64,000 nt of DNA, from the NCBI GenBank assembly GCA_045106895.1, contig JBGCFM010000172.1:17624-81623 (forward strand), written 5' to 3'. Below, piece after piece: positions 28,014-36,887 of the stretch. Under the pieces are notes generated by a model. The model was given only the letters and a program-made list of their open reading frames with translations. It searched no databases and was not told the DNA's origin. Numbering within the stretch: position 1 is the first letter of the stretch; every line of letters begins with the position of its first letter. The DNA is from Polyangiales bacterium (GTDB lineage Bacteria > Myxococcota_A > Polyangia > Polyangiales > Houyiibacteriaceae). The position numbers were made by a program, and so were the translations under genes.

Positions 28014-28465
28014 TGAAGGTGACGACCCGCGAAGCAGCATGGCTTGAGGCACTTGGAAGTGCATTTGCACCGGAAGGTGAGTACCGGGATGGCCATCTTG
28101 TTCCGAAGCCTGGGGAAGTCGACTACGTCGGCACCTTCTGTACGTTGAACGCTCCGGCTGGACCCAAGGTTCGCTATGGGATTCGCGCGGCGGTTGCGCT
28201 AATGGCGCTCTCTCCCGTCTGGCACAAGCGACGCTTGGCGACCATTGATGCGCTTAGTCCAGAGGAGCGCACGGGGCTCATCGACGAGCTCTCGCGTCAC
28301 CCTCTCCAGCTTGTACGCGAGCTGACGCTTTTGATGAAGGTACAGACATCGATGGCGCTCTTAGGGACATCCTCATTGCGCTCGCGGTCTGGCTACGATT
28401 CCGCCCGCAGTGAGGGCACGCCGATTCGACTTCGGCGCAAGGTCAACGTGAAGGAGGTGGCGTGA
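28013..28465 (+). CDS. Small accessory protein of the GMC oxidoreductase (gluconate-dehydrogenase subunit-3-like, tentative)
   Basis: AAGGAG RBS; translationally coupled on both sides; LSPEER...LK...GY pattern. Confidence 0.6.
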   Translation: MKVTTREAAWLEALGSAFAPEGEYRDGHLVPKPGEVDYVGTFCTLNAPAGPKVRYGIRAAVALMALSPVWHKRRLATIDALSPEERTGLIDELSRHPLQLVRELTLLMKVQTSMALLGTSSLRSRSGYDSARSEGTPIRLRRKVNVKEVA

Positions 28466-30000
28466 TGGGTGTGCTGCGAAAAGTTCGAGAGGCGGCGGAG
28501 GCCCGTCTTCCGCTCGTCTGGAACGACCAGGCATCGGTCGTGGTGGTTGGAACAGGCGCGGGCGGTGCGACGGCGGCCCGTGTGCTCGCTGCCCGCGGAG
28601 TAGATGTGTTGATGCTCGAAGAGGGGGCGCGTCTGCGAACGAAGGACCGGCCACGCGAAGTGGCGCGTTCCCTTGCTCAGGCGATGCGGGAAGGGGGGAC
28701 TCAAACGACTTCCGGCGCCACGCCCATTGTGGTGCTTCAAGCGAAATGCGTGGGCGGGAGTACGGCGGTGAACTCAGGCATCATCTGGCGACTGCCAGAA
28801 GACGTTCGGGAGCAGTGGACGCGAGAGCGAGGCCTCGGTGAGCTGGTTGATCCCGACGAGCTTGCTCGCATCTACGACGCCATCGAAAAGGACCTCGAGG
28901 TGACGGAAACGGGGGACAGCGTTCTCGGCGGGAACGCTTCGTTGCTGTCTCGCGGAAGCGCCGCGATTGGGCTTAAGGGCAAGCCCATGACCCGCAACGC
29001 CGGTCGTTGCGAAGGACGCGGAGAGTGCTTGCAAGGGTGCCCCGGCGAGAAGCGCCAGAGCATGGACGTTTCGTACGTTCCTGCCGCGATGCGAGACGGC
29101 GCACGGCTACGCACTCACTCGCGGGTGACGCGCGTTTTATTCAGAAACGGTCGCGCCGTCGGCGTCGCCGGCGTTGCGCTCCATGCCGTCACTCACAAGC
29201 CCGTGGGCCGTTTTGAGGTTCATGCCCAGCGCGTCGTTGTCGCGGCAGGTGTCGTTCATTCTCCGCTGATCCTCCAGCAGAGCGGTTTGGGCGGACTTGT
29301 CGGAGAGCGTTTCCAGGCACACCCGGGCGCTGCCGTTGTGGGCCGATTTCCGCACCCCGTTCGTATGTCGTATGGCGCGACGCAGGGCTTCGAAGTGCCG
29401 CAGCGCGAGCGTGGTTTCAAGGTCGAGAGCCTCTCACTACCGCCGGAGATGTTGGCGGCCCGATTGCCTGGAACGGGCGCCGCCTGGCAGGAACGACTCG
29501 CAAACCTGGATCACTACGCTCAGTGGTGCGCACAGATTCGGATGGAGGCTCACGGGAGCATCCGCGAGGGACTCTTGGGTCCGAACATTCGTTTCTCACC
29601 GACGGCAAATGACCTTCGCAAGACACAGACAGGCCTTCTCGAGATTTGCCGCATGATGTTCGCAGCCGGCGCCGAAGAGGTCTACCCAGGGATCAACGGT
29701 GTTCCAGAGGTGCTGCGGAGCGCGGCTGAGGTTGAAGCTCTGGAACAAAGAGCTTGGAAGCACTCGGACGTTCACCTGGTGGCTTCTCATCTCTTCGGCA
29801 CAGCGGTCGCCGGACGCGACGCGCGCACGAGCGTCGTCAACGAACAGCTTGAGTGTCACGCGCACCCCGGTCTCTTCGTGATGGACGCGAGCATCTTTCC
29901 GACCAACCTGGGAGTGAACCCGCAGCATTCCATCATGGCGCTGGTGTACCGAGCGGCGGAGCAGCTTGCGCAGCGTCTACCGAACCGACAGGCAGCCTAG
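28465..30000 (+). CDS. GMC family FAD oxidoreductase
   Basis: VGTGAGG, VGGSTAVN, CEGRGECLQGC, HLFGT and DASIFPTNLGVNP motifs. Confidence 0.9.
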   Translation: MGVLRKVREAAEARLPLVWNDQASVVVVGTGAGGATAARVLAARGVDVLMLEEGARLRTKDRPREVARSLAQAMREGGTQTTSGATPIVVLQAKCVGGSTAVNSGIIWRLPEDVREQWTRERGLGELVDPDELARIYDAIEKDLEVTETGDSVLGGNASLLSRGSAAIGLKGKPMTRNAGRCEGRGECLQGCPGEKRQSMDVSYVPAAMRDGARLRTHSRVTRVLFRNGRAVGVAGVALHAVTHKPVGRFEVHAQRVVVAAGVVHSPLILQQSGLGGLVGERFQAHPGAAVVGRFPHPVRMSYGATQGFEVPQRERGFKVESLSLPPEMLAARLPGTGAAWQERLANLDHYAQWCAQIRMEAHGSIREGLLGPNIRFSPTANDLRKTQTGLLEICRMMFAAGAEEVYPGINGVPEVLRSAAEVEALEQRAWKHSDVHLVASHLFGTAVAGRDARTSVVNEQLECHAHPGLFVMDASIFPTNLGVNPQHSIMALVYRAAEQLAQRLPNRQAA

Positions 30001-30048
30001 GCTGCATCACATCTCGACGTTGTTTGGCTGCCCACGTAGTGTGCGGCT

Positions 30049-30867
30049 GTGATTCTTCTCGACGGTCCAATGGGTACGGAGCTGGCGTTTCGCTCCGTAC
30101 CTACGTCACTCCCTCGTTGGAGCGCGGGCGCGTTGATGTCTCACCCAGAGGTGGTGTCGGCAATTCACGGAGAGTACGCGGACGCAGGCGCTGACGTCCT
30201 GACGACCAACACGTTTCGCACCGCGGAGGCGACGTTGGGTGACGAGTGGCGCCTCTATACTCGTCGTGCGGTGGAACTTGCCCGCGAAGCGGCGAAGGCG
30301 AAGTGTCGTGTGGCCGGGAGTATTGCGCCGCTGGACGATTGCTACAGGCCGGACCTGAGCCCCGCATTGTCGAGCCCCGACGAGACCTTTCGAGCACACA
30401 CGCAGATGGCGGAGGCTTTGGCCGAGGGGGTGGACCTTCTTCTGTGCGAGACGTTCCCCTTCGTCGAAGAGGCGATTCTGGCGGCGCGGGCGGCGGTGGC
30501 AACAGGAAAGGAGACCTGGGTCGCACTCACGGCGGGACCGGAGGAACCTCTGTTGAGCACCGAAGAAATGCGTGAAGCTGGCCGACGACTCCGGGATGAA
30601 GGGGTAGGCGCGTTGCTTGTGAGTTGTACCCCCGCGGCGGACTGCGAACGCTACGTGGAAGCCTTGGTTAGCGCGGGCCTGCCAACGGGGGTCTATGCGA
30701 ACGCTGGAGTAGCCGATGATGAGTCCGGGTTTCGGTCCGACCCAAAGTCGAGCCCTGAGCACTATTCACACCTTGCGAAGAGATGGCAGGAGGCCGGCGC
30801 AGTCATCATTGGCGGCTGCTGTGGAACGCGCCCTAGACACATCAAAGCCCTCAACGAAAATCGATGA
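30049..30867 (+). CDS. Homocysteine S-methyltransferase family protein
   Basis: LDGPMGTEL, AGADVLTTNTF, ETFP, zinc ligands VSC and IGGCCGT. Confidence 0.9.
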   Translation: MILLDGPMGTELAFRSVPTSLPRWSAGALMSHPEVVSAIHGEYADAGADVLTTNTFRTAEATLGDEWRLYTRRAVELAREAAKAKCRVAGSIAPLDDCYRPDLSPALSSPDETFRAHTQMAEALAEGVDLLLCETFPFVEEAILAARAAVATGKETWVALTAGPEEPLLSTEEMREAGRRLRDEGVGALLVSCTPAADCERYVEALVSAGLPTGVYANAGVADDESGFRSDPKSSPEHYSHLAKRWQEAGAVIIGGCCGTRPRHIKALNENR

Positions 30868-30920
30868 GGGCTCTCTGTCTTCTGATACCGGCGAACGGTA
30901 GAGGCTAGGACGCTTCTACT

Positions 30921-31550
30921 TTACTGCGAGTCGTCCGCCGTCAACTCGCCAACCACGATGGGAGGAAGGTTGGGCTGCGGATCAGGGTCGCCGGCAACGA
31001 AGTCAAGATCGAGGTCGAGGACAGGAGCTACAATGGGAGCTTCCTCAACGCAGTTTTCCTCGCCACCATCGTCGTTGGTCTGAGGCTCAGGTTCTTCGCT
31101 GTCGTTGGATGGTGGGTTGCCGGGGGCATTGGTCTGAGGATCCATTCCCGTGTGATCGGCTTCGAGCGTCTGGAGCGTGGCAACGTAGCCAAGCCATAGG
31201 GCGTCCACATCATCACCAGAACTCATGCCGAGTTCGTTCTCAACACTCGCGTAGGTGTCGACGCAAACGATGTGGCGGTCAACGTCGATGCCCACCACTA
31301 GCTCAGGCTGGCCTTCGGCGACCCCATATGACTCGACCGTGTCGAGGAGTCCTTCGCAACCGGCGAACGCTGTCTCCCAGCGCTCGACTTCGATGGTCTC
31401 AAGAGGTGCAACATCTTCCAGGAGGAGGTTGTACGAATCCTGGCCAAGTGCATCGACGGTGAAGCCCACTTCGTCGCCGGCACAGCCGACAAGGAATGCG
31501 AATGCGCTGATGCACAACGGTCCTAGGTACTGTCTCGTTTGCTTCTTCAT
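30921..31550 (-). CDS. Acidic exported lipoprotein with three PQ(T/P)N repeats
   Basis: Lipobox LVGC; MDPQTN, PEPQTN and PDPQPN; ATGA overlap with the upstream activator. Confidence 0.75.
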   Translation of the reverse strand: MKKQTRQYLGPLCISAFAFLVGCAGDEVGFTVDALGQDSYNLLLEDVAPLETIEVERWETAFAGCEGLLDTVESYGVAEGQPELVVGIDVDRHIVCVDTYASVENELGMSSGDDVDALWLGYVATLQTLEADHTGMDPQTNAPGNPPSNDSEEPEPQTNDDGGEENCVEEAPIVAPVLDLDLDFVAGDPDPQPNLPPIVVGELTADDSQ

Positions 31551-34500
31551 GACTGTACCTTCTTATACGACTCCAAACCGTATTGCTTCACTAGCTGAGA
31601 GAGACGAGGTCTCTTCATGCCCAAAAGTTCGGCCGCTTTGGTAATATTACCCTCCGCATCGGACAATGCACGAATAATGCACTCTCTCTCGAGAAGTTTC
31701 TTCATCTCGAACAGCGAGTTTTCCCCACTACGGATACGAGCGTAGAGTTCGTCCTCCATCATCGCGGGCGGGGCGACGCTTGCGCGGGAGGCGCGGTTCG
31801 GGCCATTTACGCCAAAAGACCCCGAAAAAGCCTCGAAATCCGCCACTCGAAGCTGATCGCCCTCAGAGAAGAGTGCGGCGCTGCGGAGCACGTTCTCCAG
31901 TTCCCGAATGTTCCCTGGCCAACCGTGACGTTGGAGCATACTGAGAACGGGGGCTCCCACTCGTTTGGGGGATTCCCCCCGTTCGTCCGCGATGCGGCCG
32001 AGAAGGGTGTGGCAGAGTTCGCCCATGTCGCCGAGGCGATCGCGAAGGGCTGGCATTTCGACGGTTACGCCGCGAAGCCGGTAGTAGAGGTCCTCTCGGA
32101 ATGTGCCCGCCGCGACCATGCCTTCAAGATCTCGGTGCGTCGCTGCAACGATTCGAACGTTGACCTTAATGGACTGAGTGCCGCCCACTCGTTCGAACTC
32201 TCGCTCCTGGAGCACACGGAGCAGAGCGACCTGCGTTCCAGGAGAAATGTCGCCAATCTCGTCGAGGAAGAGGGTGCCTCCGTCGGCGAGCTCAAAGCGT
32301 CCCTTCTTGCGAGCGCTCGCGCCGGTGAAAGCGCCTCGTTCGTGACCGAAGAGCTCACTCAGCAAAAGCGTTTCAACGAGTGCAGCGCAGTTCACCTTCA
32401 CGAGTGGCTGGCTTGACCGCTCGGAGTGGCGATGAAGTGCGTCTGCGACGAGCTCCTTGCCCGTACCACTCTCACCTCGAATCAGTACGGTGGCATCGCT
32501 GGGCGCGACCTTGTCGATGACGTCCAGAATCCGAAGGATCGGCGCCGAGCTCCCACCGATATCTGGGTAGCGTCGTTGGTGCTCGCTGCTGCGTTGTGGC
32601 GCAGGCAAGTGCGAGGGGCGCCTCATGTTTGGTGATATTGCGTTGACCGCCGCTTCCACGGAAGCGAGTTCCACGCGCAAGGGCCGCGTCGCCCAAGTGG
32701 TCCGGTTGGATTCCGGCACGTTCTTGGTCAGCGTGAGCTCAACCTCGTTGGCTTCCTGGAGAAGCGTTGCGGCGGAGGAGACGTTCAGTTCGTCCGCGTG
32801 GTAACGAGCCGCGCGGAGGAGGGCCTCGAGGAGAAGTTCGGCGTCACCAGAGGAGCGCGCGAGCTCGACGGCTCGACGGGCCGCGTTCCCGACGTCCCCG
32901 CCGGCAGCGCGTTCAAAGTCGGCACCAACTGCGGCGAGCTCCGCTGCGACTTTTGGGGTTGGCGCAGTGGGTGCGGTGGAGAGCAGCGCGCGTGCGCCGT
33001 CGACGTCCCCGTCGTGGAGGCGAAGGCGTACAAGTTCGACGACCGGGTCGATCCGTCGCGTGGAGCCCAGTGATTCGAAGAGTTCGCTGGACGCGTGGAA
33101 GAGCGCCGCTGCTTTGTCGTGCAGCCCCGCTACGGCTTCGACCCGTCCGCGTAGAAGAAGGCACACGCCGAGGAGGTATGTCGGTAGGTTGGCGCCACCC
33201 ATGTGCTGAGCGAACTCGCACAAGGATCGGGCGCGGCTTACGTCGCCGAGGCTGAGATAAAGCTCGCCGAGGTTGATACCCACGCGAGTAAGCATCGGGC
33301 GGTTACCGAGTCGCTTTAGCTGTGCGACGGCGTGGTGGTAGTACTCGAGCGCTGCGCTGTAATCGCGGCTGAGGTGAGCAAGAACGGCGAGGTTTTCCGT
33401 CGCGATGGCCAAGTCGCGGGAGTCGCCGGCCGCGCTCGCTTCTCGAATCGCGTCTTCAAAGTAGGACTTCGCCTCGTCGAGACGCTGAAGACGCAGCATC
33501 GCGACGCCATGATTTGTGAGTGCCTGCGCTCGTTGGTGGCCAAGGTTTTTTTCGTCCGCGCGTTCATGATTGTATCGGAAGAACTCGGCGGCGGCGCCCG
33601 CTTCCTTTCTTGCGAGGGCGACCTTGCCAAGCGTGTTTCGCGCATGAATTTCAAGCGCGCGGGCATTGATGGAGAGGGCCGCTTCAAGGGCACGTTCTCC
33701 CCAAATCTCCGCGTCGTCGTACTCGGCCCGCTCGCAGTAGAGTTCAGCGAGGAGCGTCTGGACGGTGGTGCGTGTTTGTGCCTCGCCCGTCTTTTCTGCG
33801 CGTTGCTGAGCGGCTTTGAGAACGACTTCGGCTTCCCCATGTTCGCCGTAGAGAGTTAAGAGTCGACCCAGCCGATGTGCTGCCACCGCGCTCTCCGGAG
33901 CACGGTCGGCGAGTGTGCGAGCGTGGATGATTGCGCGTCTGTAATCGCCGACGATGCGGTGTAGGTCGGCGAGGCTCTCGAGGAGATGACTCGGGACATC
34001 GTCGAGTTCCCCAACAGAGCGCGCCGTTCGTTCGAGAAGCGCTGCGGCCTCGGCGTGGGCGTGGCGCGCGGAGAGTCCCTGTGCCTCGGCGAGGGCGAGC
34101 GGAATCGCGGCTTCGATGTCGCCCGCGAGGAGCGCGTGGTGTGCAGCCATCGCCACACCCGGGCGCGCCGCAAAAACAGCGGCGCAGCGACGGTGAATAC
34201 GAATGCGTGTCTCAGAATCGAGTCCGGCATAGAGCAGCTCGCGGTGCCGAGCGCGCGCGAATGTGTAGCGGATGTTTCCGTCGAGTCGTGTCTCCAACAC
34301 AAAGGGCGACTGACTGAGCGGGTGAACATCGCTACTCGTCCGACCCACGATCTCATCCACGAGATCGAGCTCCGAGGGGTGACCGAGAACTGCGAGGGTT
34401 TCGAGGAGTGAGCGGACTTCGTCGCCGGCTTCTGTTAGACGTCGCTGAAGCTGAGCGGCTGGCGAGAGCGGGTCCGCCGCGAGGAGGAGCTCGATGGCTT

Positions 34501-35365
34501 CTGGGACTCCCCCAGTGCGCTCAAGAACTAGCTCCACGATTTGGTCGCTCTGGAGGTAGGCCCGGATCCCCGTGCGATCGAAGGGCGCCAGGCTCAGGAC
34601 CGTGGCGGCGTCGTGGTTGTAGAGTGCGCTGAGGCGGTCCTTGGAGAGCGTCGTCGCGTTTTCGTCGGTACGAACCGATGACACGAAGAGCGCTTTGAGC
34701 GAACGCTCCGGCGAAACGCCTTCGGTCCAAGGTCCGCTGCCTTCGAAGAGGAAGCGGAGCAGCTGGAGTGTCCCGGCATCTGCTCGCTCGAGATCATGCA
34801 GCAATATCACCGGCGGCCGGAAGCGGGCGACGTCCTGAAGCAGTGTGCGAAGCGCGTCGAAGAAGCGCAGTCGGCGTTCTCTCGCGCCATGGGAGTCGGC
34901 GTCATCATCGAGTTGCGAATGATGCGGGTGCTGATGCCAGAGAGGATGACAGCCCGAGAAACAGCCTAGATCTGCAACGTTTGACGACGGCGATGCGCCC
35001 ATCTCGGACAGAAAGCTGAGGGCGTTTTCAACCACGGCAGCGAAGGGACCGAAGGCGGTTCCTGACTCGCATCGGCCTTCGAGAACGATGCCCCCTGTAA
35101 GGCGAATCTGGGTTCGAAATGCCTGAAGAAGGTAGCTTTTACCCGATCCGCTTGGGCCTTCCACGATAACGAGTTGCTCACCGTGACGTGCCGCCTCCAT
35201 ACGAAGCAGCAGTTCGTCCATTTCGTGCTCGCGGCCGATGCATCGGGTCGGAGCGGGCGGCATCGATGAATCACGTCTTGGAAGTCGTGTGAAATCTCGC
35301 ACAGAAGAAGAATAGGTTCCTGCAGCAGGGGCATCAAGCGGCTGGGCATGGACGAGGCGGAGCAT
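31547..35365 (-). CDS. Sigma54-dependent activator: STAND/AAA ATPase + TPR array + sigma54 AAA+ + Fis HTH
   Basis: IGREHE, GPSGSGKS and LLHDLERAD; TPRs; GESGTGKE, ELFGHERGAFTGA, WPGNIRELEN and GNITKAAELLGM. Start may instead be ATG 35263. Confidence 0.92.
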   Translation of the reverse strand: MLRLVHAQPLDAPAAGTYSSSVRDFTRLPRRDSSMPPAPTRCIGREHEMDELLLRMEAARHGEQLVIVEGPSGSGKSYLLQAFRTQIRLTGGIVLEGRCESGTAFGPFAAVVENALSFLSEMGASPSSNVADLGCFSGCHPLWHQHPHHSQLDDDADSHGARERRLRFFDALRTLLQDVARFRPPVILLHDLERADAGTLQLLRFLFEGSGPWTEGVSPERSLKALFVSSVRTDENATTLSKDRLSALYNHDAATVLSLAPFDRTGIRAYLQSDQIVELVLERTGGVPEAIELLLAADPLSPAAQLQRRLTEAGDEVRSLLETLAVLGHPSELDLVDEIVGRTSSDVHPLSQSPFVLETRLDGNIRYTFARARHRELLYAGLDSETRIRIHRRCAAVFAARPGVAMAAHHALLAGDIEAAIPLALAEAQGLSARHAHAEAAALLERTARSVGELDDVPSHLLESLADLHRIVGDYRRAIIHARTLADRAPESAVAAHRLGRLLTLYGEHGEAEVVLKAAQQRAEKTGEAQTRTTVQTLLAELYCERAEYDDAEIWGERALEAALSINARALEIHARNTLGKVALARKEAGAAAEFFRYNHERADEKNLGHQRAQALTNHGVAMLRLQRLDEAKSYFEDAIREASAAGDSRDLAIATENLAVLAHLSRDYSAALEYYHHAVAQLKRLGNRPMLTRVGINLGELYLSLGDVSRARSLCEFAQHMGGANLPTYLLGVCLLLRGRVEAVAGLHDKAAALFHASSELFESLGSTRRIDPVVELVRLRLHDGDVDGARALLSTAPTAPTPKVAAELAAVGADFERAAGGDVGNAARRAVELARSSGDAELLLEALLRAARYHADELNVSSAATLLQEANEVELTLTKNVPESNRTTWATRPLRVELASVEAAVNAISPNMRRPSHLPAPQRSSEHQRRYPDIGGSSAPILRILDVIDKVAPSDATVLIRGESGTGKELVADALHRHSERSSQPLVKVNCAALVETLLLSELFGHERGAFTGASARKKGRFELADGGTLFLDEIGDISPGTQVALLRVLQEREFERVGGTQSIKVNVRIVAATHRDLEGMVAAGTFREDLYYRLRGVTVEMPALRDRLGDMGELCHTLLGRIADERGESPKRVGAPVLSMLQRHGWPGNIRELENVLRSAALFSEGDQLRVADFEAFSGSFGVNGPNRASRASVAPPAMMEDELYARIRSGENSLFEMKKLLERECIIRALSDAEGNITKAAELLGMKRPRLSQLVKQYGLESYKKVQS

Positions 35366-35377
35366 AGGCCCTCTAAA

Positions 35378-35394
35378 AGCAAGAGCTGTACCGA
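35378..35394 (-). promoter_or_regulatory. Sigma54 (-24/-12) promoter of the STAND-TPR activator operon
   Basis: Minus strand reads TCGGTACAGCTCTTGCT (GG-N10-GC, TTGCT); predicted +1 near 35367. Confidence 0.65.
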
Positions 35395-35452
35395 GCTGTT
35401 TGCTAGTATTTAGGGGGTTAATCGCCGCTTCGGCGTCAATTTTCTTACGGCG

Positions 35453-36841
35453 CTAGGTGGAACGAAATTCGTCGAGATTTATCCCGAAACGTTTCGCCCA
35501 CCGATGAATCTGCATTCGTTCTTTGCCCAGTTCGCGCCCTGCGGCGGCGACGTTGCCTTGGTGACGGGTCAAAAGCGCCCGAAGTTCTGCCTCCGTCGGG
35601 ACCGTCGACGTCACAGGCATAGAGTTTCGAGGGGCTTGCGCGAGGTCGCCATGTGTTTCGAGGACGTCCTGCACGTTGCGGGGCAAAACGCGGGCCTCCA
35701 GGTCGCCGCTCTCGTGGAGCGCTAAGGAAACGCGCACGGCGCTCTCGAGTTCACGCACATTGTAGGGCCACGGGTAGTGCGCGACGCACAGCATGAAAGG
35801 CAGCGAGACGCTCATATTGGATGCGCCGGCGTTGTTCAAAAAGTACCTGACGAGGGGGTAGAGGTCTTCCAGTCGCTGGGAGAGCGCGGGAAGACGAATC
35901 TCGACTTCTCGCAGTCTCGCGAGGAGGTCACCACGGAACTCTCCATTGGCCACGCGCTGGTCCAGGTCTCGGTGTGTTGCACAGACGACTCGCACGTCGA
36001 CAGGCTCCGGAACCGTGGCACCGATCGGGAGCACCATTCTCTCCTGAAGAACGCGAAGGAGCTTCGCCTGAGCCTCCACCGGCATGTCGCCGATCTCGTC
36101 TAGAAAAAGCGTCCCCCCATTGGCGGTTTGAATCAGGCCTGCTTTGTCGGTGTTCGCGCCGGTGAAGGCTCCCTTGCGGTAACCGAATAGTTCACTCTCG
36201 AGCAGGGTGGCTGGTAACGCTGCGCAGTTGATGGCCTGAAACGGACCCGCGCGACCACTGCGGCCGTGGAGCTCGCGCGCGATGAGTTCTTTGCCCGTGC
36301 CACTCTCTCCATAGACGACGGCGGACAGAGACGTCGCTGCGACTTTGTCGACGAGACCCACGACTCGGTCGATTTGGTAGCCGCCGACCAAGAGCTCGCT
36401 CTTCGCGTGCCCAAGGCCCCGCGCGAGTTTCACTATGCTGCCGTCGATTCGATATGCACCGTAGGCGTAGGCGTTGGCTCCGGTGAAGCGGAAGATGGTG
36501 TCGCCGACACGGACGACATCGTGCTCTTTGAGCACGCACGTTTGAATTCGTTTGCCGTTGACCATCGTCCCGTTGGTGGAGCCCAGGTCTTCGAGGAGCG
36601 CGCCTTCTTTGCCAATGGTCACGCGCGCGTGGTGCCGCGACACAGCGGACTCGGCGATGGCCAAGTCGTTGGCGGCTTCGCGTCCGAGGGTTGTCACCGC
36701 CGTCGCGAAGGGGAGCACCGACGGCAGATGCGCGTGCAAGCGTGAGTAGACGAGGACAAATCCCGAGGTGGAGTCCTCGGCGATGGTGCCAGCCATCGTC
36801 GAGATCGACGCGGTCGTTGAGCCATGGTCAGGAGAAGTCAC
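35453..36841 (-). CDS. FHA-domain sigma54-dependent activator
   Basis: FHA motifs LGR, VSRHHA and DLGSTNGT; GESGTGKE, GAFTGA, WPYNVRELE and a C-terminal HTH. Confidence 0.93.
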   Translation of the reverse strand: MTSPDHGSTTASISTMAGTIAEDSTSGFVLVYSRLHAHLPSVLPFATAVTTLGREAANDLAIAESAVSRHHARVTIGKEGALLEDLGSTNGTMVNGKRIQTCVLKEHDVVRVGDTIFRFTGANAYAYGAYRIDGSIVKLARGLGHAKSELLVGGYQIDRVVGLVDKVAATSLSAVVYGESGTGKELIARELHGRSGRAGPFQAINCAALPATLLESELFGYRKGAFTGANTDKAGLIQTANGGTLFLDEIGDMPVEAQAKLLRVLQERMVLPIGATVPEPVDVRVVCATHRDLDQRVANGEFRGDLLARLREVEIRLPALSQRLEDLYPLVRYFLNNAGASNMSVSLPFMLCVAHYPWPYNVRELESAVRVSLALHESGDLEARVLPRNVQDVLETHGDLAQAPRNSMPVTSTVPTEAELRALLTRHQGNVAAAGRELGKERMQIHRWAKRFGINLDEFRST

Positions 36842-36887
36842 CCAGGCACTTACCTAGACGCTTCGGGACAGCGACGTCAACACGGCG

